Positions 18,762 through 26,812 of a DNA stretch of 64,000 nucleotides are shown piece after piece. The stretch comes from Bacteroidota bacterium (GTDB lineage Bacteria > Bacteroidota > Ignavibacteria > UBA10030). The stretch's first letter is position 1, and each line of letters begins with the position of its first letter. The stretch is taken from positions 50 to 64,049 of the forward strand of contig DATJQB010000290.1 in NCBI GenBank assembly GCA_035506075.1, read 5' to 3'. Position numbers and translations under genes: made by a program. The notes beneath the pieces are model-generated. The model searched no databases, was not told the origin of the DNA, and saw only the letters and a program-made list of their open reading frames with translations.

Positions 18762-20396
18762 CTAATTCAGTTTGGCGAACTTCACTGCCTCCGGCAGAAG
18801 TGCGACGGCCTTCTGGAACTGGGGATCGACTTCCAGCATGACCCGGTACGATCCGTTGTTTCCCCAGAACGATCGCGCGATCTCAGCCCGCAGGCGCGCC
18901 TTGACAAACACCAGGTCTTTCTGAAGATCCTTCTCTTCCACCTTCAGCCCCTTGGTTGTCACAAAATTGCGAAAATCCTGCAACATCTCGTCGGATACGA
19001 CAAACGATTTGACGAAGCGGAGGATGTCGTCGCCGTACGTCGACCGCAGCGCCTGGCCATGCGCATCCAGCCATGTCGTCATGAACTGATAGAACATATC
19101 GCGTCTTTGGAGATTTTGCGTGAACTCCGCGGCAGCGGGCGGCTTCACGATAAAGTCCGGCGAAATTCCTCCGCCCCCATAGACGATGCGCCCTCCGCTG
19201 GTATGATACATGGGGCGGGCCGAATCGGCTTTCGACGCTGCGTCGTTCTTGTGTTCAAGATTGTCACCTTCTTTTTCAACGCGCTCGAATGCTTCCCGCT
19301 CGTACTCCGCTTTGTCTTTTCCGGTATAGGTTCGCTGGATGAGCCGGCCCGCCGGCGTGTAATACCGGGCAATTGTCAGGCGGAATGCAGAGCCGTCGCC
19401 AAAGGCCCACTGACGCTGTACAAGACCTTTTCCAAAACTCGTTTCGCCGACGATCAGCCCGCGATCCCAATCCTGGATGGCGCCCGCCACGATCTCGCTT
19501 GCGCTTGCAGATGCATGGTTGATGAGAACGATGAGCGGCAGCTTCTCGTACTCCTGGCCGGTTGTTGCCGTATAACTTTCTTCAAGTTCCGGGACGCGCG
19601 CCTTGGTGTACACAATTTGCCGGGGTTTCGATTTCGTACCTGCGTCGAGGAACAAATCCGCCACCTTCACCGCTTCTTCAAGGACGCCCCCGGGGTTGTA
19701 GCGCAAATCAAGAATGAGCCGCTTCATGCCGTGGGCGCGTAGATCGCGCAGCGCGTTGGTCATCTCCGCTCCGGTTGTCAGGGCGAACTTGTTCAGTGCG
19801 ATGTACCCGACTTCTTCGTTTATCATCATCGATACATCGATACTGTTGAGCGAGATATCGGCGCGTGTAATTTCGTAGTCAAGCACACCCGGAACACCGG
19901 GTCTGCCAATGGAGACTTTGACCTTTGTCCCTTTTGGTCCGCGCAGCCGCTTCGAAGCCTGATCCGAGGTCAACCCGACCGCCGTGCTGTCGTTGATTTT
20001 CACAATCCTGTCATTCGAGAGAATCCCCAGCTTCGCAGCGGGACCTCCCCCCATCGGCTCGACAACGATGATGGTGTCGTTCAAAGCGCGGATCGACAGT
20101 CCAACCCCCTGATAGTTGCCCTGCATTTCCTCGGAGGCTTTCTCGAACGCCTTCGGTGGAAAATAGACCGAGTGCGGGTCGAGCTGGTCGAGCATGCCGT
20201 TGATCGCTGCCTCCGTAAGTTTGCGCGTATCGACAGGATCAACGTAGTATTTGTCGGAATAGACCAGGATGTCCTGGAATTTTCTCATCTGGTCGTAAAT
20301 GTTGTCGGCCGAGATCAATCCTCGCCCCTGAAACCCTACCAACATTCCGATGAGCATCACTGCAGCGACCATCCAGACCGAATACCTCTTTTTCAT
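18762..20396 (-). CDS. ctpA: Carboxyl-terminal processing protease (S41 family, Ctp/Prc-like) with PDZ domain
   Basis: ORF 18762..20504 trimmed to MKKRYSVWMVAAVMLIGMLV (signal/anchor). PDZ segment GVGLSI...EPMGGGPAAKLGILSNDRIVKIND. S41 core RLILDLRYNPGG, LINHASASASEI, GETSFGKG. Confidence 0.85.
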   Translation of the reverse strand: MKKRYSVWMVAAVMLIGMLVGFQGRGLISADNIYDQMRKFQDILVYSDKYYVDPVDTRKLTEAAINGMLDQLDPHSVYFPPKAFEKASEEMQGNYQGVGLSIRALNDTIIVVEPMGGGPAAKLGILSNDRIVKINDSTAVGLTSDQASKRLRGPKGTKVKVSIGRPGVPGVLDYEITRADISLNSIDVSMMINEEVGYIALNKFALTTGAEMTNALRDLRAHGMKRLILDLRYNPGGVLEEAVKVADLFLDAGTKSKPRQIVYTKARVPELEESYTATTGQEYEKLPLIVLINHASASASEIVAGAIQDWDRGLIVGETSFGKGLVQRQWAFGDGSAFRLTIARYYTPAGRLIQRTYTGKDKAEYEREAFERVEKEGDNLEHKNDAASKADSARPMYHTSGGRIVYGGGGISPDFIVKPPAAAEFTQNLQRRDMFYQFMTTWLDAHGQALRSTYGDDILRFVKSFVVSDEMLQDFRNFVTTKGLKVEEKDLQKDLVFVKARLRAEIARSFWGNNGSYRVMLEVDPQFQKAVALLPEAVKFAKLN

Positions 20397-20564
20397 CAGT
20401 AACCTCTGTTCGTTCAACAAGAATACTCTTACTTCTTTCAACGCCGGCGGCGGAGGGCTGGTTCCTCGAACCGATGCAAAGGAGCCCGCGCACCCGGAAT
20501 TCACAACAATATACCGAATATTGTCCCCAGAGAAAACCCGCGATCCTGTGAAACGGCACGGAGC

Positions 20565-20592
20565 AAAAAAATCCCCGGTCGAAGCCGGGGAT
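20565..20592 (-). terminator. Rho-independent terminator downstream of TPR gene (minus strand)
   Basis: On the minus strand: hairpin atccccggcttcgaccggggat followed by UUUUUUU (plus-strand aaaaaaatccccggtcgaagccggggat). Lies 26 bp past the stop of 20618..21562. Confidence 0.55.
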
Positions 20593-20617
20593 CGGTGTTT
20601 GGCATCTCACAATCTTG

Positions 20618-21562
20618 TTAGCGGGCAAGGGCACGGATTTTCACGCGCGCGTCGTCGGCAGCCCTTCCGCTTGGTACCATGGACAAATAGCGTTGATACT
20701 CTTCCTTCGCGAGGTCGTTCTGACCCATGAATTCATACAATTGCGCGATGCGGAAGACAAGCGGGGTGCGCGATGGATCGAGGGCAAATGCTTTTTGAAA
20801 TGAGAGGATCGTTTCAGGATACTTTCGCTGCATCTGATACGCTCGTCCAAGCTGGTAATGACTCTCCGCCTGTTCCGGGGCAACCTCAACATACTTCCGG
20901 AACATGACGATCGCCGCATCGATTTCCCCGCGGGCTCTGTGGTATTCGCCGAAATGAAAGTACGCCTGCCACGAAGCCGGGCGCGAGTAGATAGCCTTCT
21001 GGTACATGGTCACCGCTTTGTCGCTTTCTCCTTCTTCCGCGAAAATTCCTGCGTGCGCCAACACCCCAAGATAGGGATCCAGCTTCGCGATTTCGTTTGC
21101 CTGTTCGTGCGCTTTCTGGTAACTGCCGCCGAGAATGCCCGGCGCGAAGACGTAGTACTGCACGAGCGCTTCGCGGTACACCGTGGAGGATGGATCACAT
21201 TTCACGGCAAGCTCGAGCTGCGCCTTCACCTTCGGAGCGAGGAACGGCATGCGGACAAGTCCGGCGTATTCATAGTTTGCCATGTACGCTTCAGCCAGCA
21301 TGTAGTGATACTCCGCGTTTGATTCATCGAGACTGACTGCTTTCTCGAGATGATCGATCGCGCGATCGGAATTTGACGGCTCGTGAAGGTTGTCCATCCC
21401 GAGCTGATAGAAAGCTCCAGCCATCGCGGCATCCTTCGCGGGCGCGCTGTGTTCAAGACGCTTCTGGCCAAACTGCAACGGCTGAGACCACGCACCGATC
21501 GTCAGTGCAACCATCAGGCTCACAGCGGTGAGCGATCGTCCCATAGCTCTCTTGTCTGCCAT
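20618..21562 (-). CDS. Secreted tetratricopeptide-repeat protein
   Basis: 314 aa. Signal-like N-terminus (SLTAVSLMVALTIGAWSQP). Repeated 34-aa TPR-like units (AEYHYMLAEAYMANYEY..., WQAYFHFGEYHRARGEIDAAI..., ESHYQLGRAYQMQRKYPETI...). Confidence 0.65.
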   Translation of the reverse strand: MADKRAMGRSLTAVSLMVALTIGAWSQPLQFGQKRLEHSAPAKDAAMAGAFYQLGMDNLHEPSNSDRAIDHLEKAVSLDESNAEYHYMLAEAYMANYEYAGLVRMPFLAPKVKAQLELAVKCDPSSTVYREALVQYYVFAPGILGGSYQKAHEQANEIAKLDPYLGVLAHAGIFAEEGESDKAVTMYQKAIYSRPASWQAYFHFGEYHRARGEIDAAIVMFRKYVEVAPEQAESHYQLGRAYQMQRKYPETILSFQKAFALDPSRTPLVFRIAQLYEFMGQNDLAKEEYQRYLSMVPSGRAADDARVKIRALAR

Positions 21563-21627
21563 CGAGTATCCCCCTTCCCCAATGCCGAAATCCGGTCTGT
21601 CTGTACTACGGTTCCCGAGAACGAGAG

Positions 21628-22779
21628 TTACGACTCCTCCGGCTCAGGAAAAACCCCGCTTTGTTGCATCGGAATCACCACCGCGACCTCCAGTCCACGC
21701 GGGGATTTGTTGGCGAGTATGAACCGGTGATTGTCTCCGTAGAGCTGCTCGAGGCGCTCCCGGGTGTTCTTCAGTCCCACTCCTTCATGAACCGGCATGC
21801 CGTTCTCCACGGCGAGTCCGGGGCCGTCGTCCACGACCGACAGGCGGAGCGACCCAATACTCCGGCGCGCGGAAATGTCGATGCATCCTCCGCTCGCCCT
21901 CGGGGCAACCGCATACCGGATCGAATTCTCCACGAGCGGCTGGAGAATCAGGTTGGGGACCTTGCAGTCCAAGACTTCCGGCTCGACGGCAATCCGGACT
22001 TTCAGCCGGTCGCCGAAGCGTGCCTGTTCGATTTCCAGGTAGCGCTGCAGGAAATCGATTTCCTCGCGCAATGTAACCTCCTGGACGCCAACGTTGTGAA
22101 GCGAGTACCGCAACAGATCGCCGAGCCGCGCGAGCACCTTGTCGGCTTCATCCACATCCCGGTGCATGAGTGAAGAAATTGTGTTGAAGGTGTTGAAGAG
22201 AAAATGCGGGTGAAGCTGCATCTTCAATGACTGCAGCTGTGCCTGCGTAAGCTGGGTCTTCAGTTGCGCGGCGCGGAGTTCGCGCTCGCGAAACTTCCTG
22301 TAATACTCCCGGCCGTACCCGATCCCCAGAATGGCCCAGTACGTCAGGAGGTTGATGTGGAAATATACCACGAACGTTCGTTCGATCGCGCGAAAGGCCT
22401 CGTAGAGTTGCAGGCGGTCGGGACTGAACGATTGAACGACGATCTCCGCGATCAGCAGCTGTACACTTGACAGCAGCACGCTTGTCATGAGATGAACGAT
22501 CACAGCGAGAACCTTCGACCCGCGCTCAAAGCGAAACCGCTTTCCCAGCCACAGGACGAGCGGTGCAATGCATCCCCATATATAATAGAAGGAAAGGTTG
22601 GTTTTGAGAGCGAGATCCCACGAAACCGGAGTGCGGAAAATATACCGGCCCCAGAGCGCCGACTCGGACGCGAAGAACAACCCCGCCGCCGTCCAGATCA
22701 GGAAGTAGGAAACCCATTGTATCCATTTGCGCTCGAACAGACCTTCCCGCCGATCGACGCGCAGTGACTCGGGTGCCAT
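21628..22779 (-). CDS. Sensor histidine kinase, LytS/YehU-type (multi-TM N-domain + His_kinase + HATPase_c)
   Basis: 383 aa. Four to five predicted TM helices at the N-terminus. LHPHFLFNTFNTISSLMHRD (phospho-His box of the His_kinase PF06580 type). LQPLVENSIRYA (N-box), DDGPG, GVGLKNTRERL (G-boxes). Starts 5 bp after the decarboxylase stop. Confidence 0.8.
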   Translation of the reverse strand: MAPESLRVDRREGLFERKWIQWVSYFLIWTAAGLFFASESALWGRYIFRTPVSWDLALKTNLSFYYIWGCIAPLVLWLGKRFRFERGSKVLAVIVHLMTSVLLSSVQLLIAEIVVQSFSPDRLQLYEAFRAIERTFVVYFHINLLTYWAILGIGYGREYYRKFRERELRAAQLKTQLTQAQLQSLKMQLHPHFLFNTFNTISSLMHRDVDEADKVLARLGDLLRYSLHNVGVQEVTLREEIDFLQRYLEIEQARFGDRLKVRIAVEPEVLDCKVPNLILQPLVENSIRYAVAPRASGGCIDISARRSIGSLRLSVVDDGPGLAVENGMPVHEGVGLKNTRERLEQLYGDNHRFILANKSPRGLEVAVVIPMQQSGVFPEPEES

Positions 22780-22783
22780 ATGT

Positions 22784-24262
22784 TCAGGCTCGTAAAGTTT
22801 TCAAGGCCGTTTGAATCTGCCGCCATGTCATGAGTGCGTGTTCCTCTGATGTCTTGAGTTGTCCGACAACCATGCGGATGGTGTACGCGTCGCCCAGTTT
22901 TGTATGCGACAGGAACGTCTCGCGGCTTCCGTTGACGAGGTTGATAAGATCATCGTTGAGCTTGCTCAGCTCCTGCTCCGAGTCCATTCCCTTCGGATGT
23001 GCCCGGAAGCAGACCGTCGCAAAGTGTACCGGCGCAAGCACTTCGAAATCCGGATCTTCTTCCACCCACTGCTTGAATGCGCCGGCAATCCGGAGGTGTT
23101 CGCGGAGTCGTGCGGCGAGGCCGTCCCAGCCGAAGTAGCGAAGCACAAACCAAAGCTTCAGTGCGCGGAAGCGTCTGCCCAACGGAACACCGTAATCCAT
23201 GAGGTTGCGCACGACATCGTCATGCGCAGTCCGAAGATATTCCGGGACGAGCGAAAACGCCCGGCGCATGATCTCCGGCTTCCGCGTGTAGAGAACGCTC
23301 AGATCAACCGGGACGAACATCCATTTGTGCGGATTGATGACGAAGGAGTCCGCCCGTTCACATCCCTCCAGCACGTATCGCTTCTCCGGGACAATCGCCG
23401 CGCTTCCGCCGTACGCGGCATCCACGTGCAGCCAGAGTTTCTCCCGCTCGCAGATGTCCGCAATTGCCGGTATCGGGTCGATGCTCGTGCACGACGTCGT
23501 GCCGACTGTTGCCACGACGCAGAACGGCCTGATGCCGTTTCGGCGATCGTCCGCAATGGCTGCGGCGAGCGCCTCCGGCCGGATGCGGAATTGTGCATCA
23601 ACGGGGATGCGGCGAACCGCATCAAGACCGAAGCCAAGCGTGATAACGGCTTTCTCAACAGACGAATGCGCGAAGTCAGAAATGTACAGGCGGAGCCTGG
23701 GAACATCCTTCCTCCCCGCCATTCCATGCTCGCGCATGTTCAGATCCGCCATCGACTCACGCGCCGCAGCGATCCCGTGCATCGTGCTCGTCGATGCGGT
23801 GTCGAGGATCATCCCCCAATACTCGGCCGGAAGTCCGATCATCTGTCGCAGCCAGTCCAGCGTGACGGTTTCCAGCTCCGGTACTGCCGGGCACGATTCC
23901 CAGACCATTCCGTTGCCGTTCAGGGCAGAGGCGATCAACTCTGCCAGGATGGCCGGACTGCTCGCTGATGAATTGAAATACGCATGGAACCTTGGATGGT
24001 TCCAGTGTGTCACGGCGGGCATGATCAGCCGATCTACATCTGCAAGGATATCCGGCATTGGCTCACCGGTTTTCGGCGGAGCCGGGGGAAGAGACCGGAT
24101 GAGGTCGCCCGGTTTCATATCCGGTCGCACCGGCCTCTCTTCTATAGTGTCCAGGTAATCTGCCACCCAGTCGACCAATTGGTGGCCGTAGTTCCTGAAC
24201 TCATCGTTCGGCATGTCGCCTAATGGCTTGCGGGATTGATCCACGAGCTTCTTGTCTGTCAC
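22784..24262 (-). CDS. Pyridoxal-phosphate-dependent aromatic-L-amino-acid (group II) decarboxylase
   Basis: 492 aa. HWNHPRFHAYFNSSASSPAILAELIASALN and VDAAYGGSAAI...SFVINPHKWMFVPVDLSVLY, including the PLP-lysine NPHKW motif typical of DDC/TDC/GAD group II decarboxylases. Confidence 0.8.
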   Translation of the reverse strand: MTDKKLVDQSRKPLGDMPNDEFRNYGHQLVDWVADYLDTIEERPVRPDMKPGDLIRSLPPAPPKTGEPMPDILADVDRLIMPAVTHWNHPRFHAYFNSSASSPAILAELIASALNGNGMVWESCPAVPELETVTLDWLRQMIGLPAEYWGMILDTASTSTMHGIAAARESMADLNMREHGMAGRKDVPRLRLYISDFAHSSVEKAVITLGFGLDAVRRIPVDAQFRIRPEALAAAIADDRRNGIRPFCVVATVGTTSCTSIDPIPAIADICEREKLWLHVDAAYGGSAAIVPEKRYVLEGCERADSFVINPHKWMFVPVDLSVLYTRKPEIMRRAFSLVPEYLRTAHDDVVRNLMDYGVPLGRRFRALKLWFVLRYFGWDGLAARLREHLRIAGAFKQWVEEDPDFEVLAPVHFATVCFRAHPKGMDSEQELSKLNDDLINLVNGSRETFLSHTKLGDAYTIRMVVGQLKTSEEHALMTWRQIQTALKTLRA

Positions 24263-24295
24263 GTGATATCCGATCTTCTATTATAGAGATAGAAA

Positions 24296-25216
24296 CTACT
24301 TGGCGTTTGGACTCTCCGGGGGCAAAGGACTTGTGACTTCCGCTACGAGCTTCCATCTGCTGGCGACGTCCCGTCTCCATGCATGCAGGTAATAGCCTTT
24401 CTCGACGGTTGCAGTTCCCGCCGAAGACAACGCGGTGTAGCTTCCAATGGAATATCCCAGATCACCCGCAGCGGAAACTACGGCGTTGAGTGTGATTCCG
24501 GAGGTAAGGTACGGATGGTGGAGGAAAAAGGACTGTATTGAATCCAATCCGATGACGGGTTGAAATCCCTGCCGGTACACCCGGGCGTCAGGCTCAAACG
24601 TTTTTTGAAGAAGCGTCTGCACCTTTTTTTCCTTCAGGCTTTGGAAGAACACGCGCTCAGCTTCGATCATCTCCTCGCGGTGCTCCTCTGTGCTCAATGG
24701 CGGAATTGCTGTTGTCCGCTTCACGGGATCGGGCGCGTGGAATTCACGCGATCCGGCGAAAGGCCCGGGAAGCTCTGTGCCGACATCGAATACAACTTGC
24801 CACACCCCTGACGCTTGTTTCTTCCAGAAGGAAAAATAAAACCCGTAGTATCGCGGCCGCTTCGCCGCGGTGTGATCGGTCCACACCGATGGTCCCGTTG
24901 TGTAACCCAGATCGCCGCTGATCGCGATATCAGCCCAGATCGGTTCCCATTCCAGTGTCGTCTCCGTTGGATTCTTCGGCATCGGGACACTCTTCATGGC
25001 TTCTTTGTACTTCACGGGGTGGGGTCTGAACACCATCGCGTCATCGGCAAAAAATTGCATGAACGACGGCCGCGCGCCGATCTTCAAACTCGTAGCGGCA
25101 AAACTTCGCTCCGCTTCAACGAGCGATGTGAGGGCCTCTCGATGGAGTGTCCCCTGCGCTTTGCCGACAACCGCCAGGAACAAGATTGCAGCAACAATTG
25201 CCGCTGTCCTTTTCAT
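24296..25216 (-). CDS. Secreted hypothetical protein with two similar ~130-aa halves (possible tandem SnoaL/DUF4440-like domains)
   Basis: ORF 24296..25228 trimmed to MKRTAAIVAAILFLAVVGKAQ (signal peptide). The halves begin ...LVEAERSFAATSLKIG...FADDAMVF and ...EMIEAERVFFQSLKEK...FEPDARVY. The family assignment is tentative. Confidence 0.5.
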   Translation of the reverse strand: MKRTAAIVAAILFLAVVGKAQGTLHREALTSLVEAERSFAATSLKIGARPSFMQFFADDAMVFRPHPVKYKEAMKSVPMPKNPTETTLEWEPIWADIAISGDLGYTTGPSVWTDHTAAKRPRYYGFYFSFWKKQASGVWQVVFDVGTELPGPFAGSREFHAPDPVKRTTAIPPLSTEEHREEMIEAERVFFQSLKEKKVQTLLQKTFEPDARVYRQGFQPVIGLDSIQSFFLHHPYLTSGITLNAVVSAAGDLGYSIGSYTALSSAGTATVEKGYYLHAWRRDVASRWKLVAEVTSPLPPESPNAK

Positions 25217-25271
25217 AGATTCTCCCATGTTGTCGTACTACCATAAGAAGCCGCCGGATAAGATGCAACAA

Positions 25272-25295
25272 GGCCCCCGGGAAAACCCGGAGGCC
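25272..25295 (-). terminator. Possible terminator after SusD-like gene
   Basis: Imperfect GC hairpin ggcccccggg-aaaa-cccggaggcc, 46 bp downstream of the SusD stop. The U-tract on the minus strand is weak (uuguugcaucuu). Confidence 0.3.
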
Positions 25296-25340
25296 TTGCT
25301 TGTCAGATGCCGGGGGTCGTTCCCGCCCCGTCGTTACTGG

Positions 25341-26774
25341 TTATTGGATGCTGAACGGTGAGACCCTGCTGCGATTTGCCGCCAGGACCTTGTTCATATC
25401 CCACAGGATCGTCACCGTCGAACCCGCGGTTGTGAACCGCCTCATTTCGTCGCTTGCCGGGATGTAGTCGGGAACGACAACGGTTGTTCCGGGGCTTCCC
25501 GGTGTGATGTTGGGGTTGCCGTCGATCTGACGCTGCGACACCGGGAGACGAATGCCAAGGTCAATCATGCGCCTTCCTTCAAGGAAGAAGATCTCCTGTC
25601 GAAGCAGGTAGAGCGTCCTGAAGTGAGAGTAGACCGAGGAGAGCGTGTCGACCATTGCCGTGGTGACGCTCGTGCCGGACGTGGAATAGACCGTAACGAT
25701 CGACGCACCGCCCCGCTTCTGGATCAACCCTGCGATCGCCGGCTCGTTGGCATCCGACTTGACGAGGAAGGTTGGATCGTTCGGGTGGCCCGGACGGGTG
25801 TCTTTATCGTTGTACGTCGTCGTGGGGCGCGATCGTGCCGTTGTAATCGCGCTCTTCATATTCAGCTTCGCACCGGCCAGGTCGCCGTTTGCCAGTGCGA
25901 CTTCGGCGAGGATCAGGTATGCCTCCTCGGACTTCAGCACCGGGACCTGCGTCCCGTTTGTGGGGTATTTGGGATCGAGAAAGTCGAGCCGCGGCAGAGG
26001 CTGGATGTCGTTTGTCGACCTGCCAACGATCGCTGCATACGTCGTCGATGTTAGCTGCGCCGGATCGAACTGGGCGGCGAAAAGATAGGATGTCCCGCCG
26101 AGTGCAAGCGCAGCATTCGCTTCCGCAGCAGCGTTGACCTTGTCGCCCAGCATCCGGAACGTCCGTGCCCGGGCCATGCGGCAGTTCGCCTTCATTGCCG
26201 ATTGTGTCGTCAGGTTGAATGCCGTTTGAAACTGGTCGTTCGCGATCTGAAGCGCCCGTTGTGCCGTCACAGCCGGTCCCTTTTCAGCGATCGGGAAGTT
26301 CGTGAACCCTTCGCCGAGGATCAGCAGCGCCATGCCTTTGTAGAAGTAGACTTCGGCTTTCTGATCGTTGGTCGCGAAAATATCGCCCGGCAGAATTGAC
26401 GAGATTCCGAAATCGGCCAGAGCGTTCAGCTGCAGCGCGTTTTCGTACATCGCGTTATAGGTGAACGAGTTTCCCGTGATTGTCCGCGGATACGAGAGCG
26501 TATTGTCGTAGAACGACGTGCGGTTGTCCAGGTTGTCGGAAACCATGTCGCCGATTAACGAGGAGATGCCGATCGTGTTCGAGAAATATCGTCTCATGCC
26601 GGTCACGAGCGAAGTCGTTCCGCCGACGGGATTTTCGAGCAAGTTGTCGGCGGTAATGGATGGATTATCCACCTTGGACGGATCGACGAGGTCGCATGCC
26701 GCCAGCGAAAGTACGAGCACGCTGAAGAGTGTTCGGACTGCAATGGTTCGCGTTAATGTCATGGTAGTACGCAT
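25341..26774 (-). CDS. RagB/SusD-family nutrient-binding outer-membrane lipoprotein
   Basis: ORF 25341..26813 trimmed to MRTTMTLTRTIAVRTLFSVLVLSLAAC (lipoprotein signal with lipobox Cys). ~475 aa helical/TPR-like protein immediately downstream (38-bp gap) of a SusC-type TBDR. The sequence has the alanine-rich SusD-like repeats. Confidence 0.7.
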   Translation of the reverse strand: MRTTMTLTRTIAVRTLFSVLVLSLAACDLVDPSKVDNPSITADNLLENPVGGTTSLVTGMRRYFSNTIGISSLIGDMVSDNLDNRTSFYDNTLSYPRTITGNSFTYNAMYENALQLNALADFGISSILPGDIFATNDQKAEVYFYKGMALLILGEGFTNFPIAEKGPAVTAQRALQIANDQFQTAFNLTTQSAMKANCRMARARTFRMLGDKVNAAAEANAALALGGTSYLFAAQFDPAQLTSTTYAAIVGRSTNDIQPLPRLDFLDPKYPTNGTQVPVLKSEEAYLILAEVALANGDLAGAKLNMKSAITTARSRPTTTYNDKDTRPGHPNDPTFLVKSDANEPAIAGLIQKRGGASIVTVYSTSGTSVTTAMVDTLSSVYSHFRTLYLLRQEIFFLEGRRMIDLGIRLPVSQRQIDGNPNITPGSPGTTVVVPDYIPASDEMRRFTTAGSTVTILWDMNKVLAANRSRVSPFSIQ

Positions 26775-26812
26775 ATGGTCTTCTCCTTTGATTGGGATCC
26801 AGTCGTGTTCCA

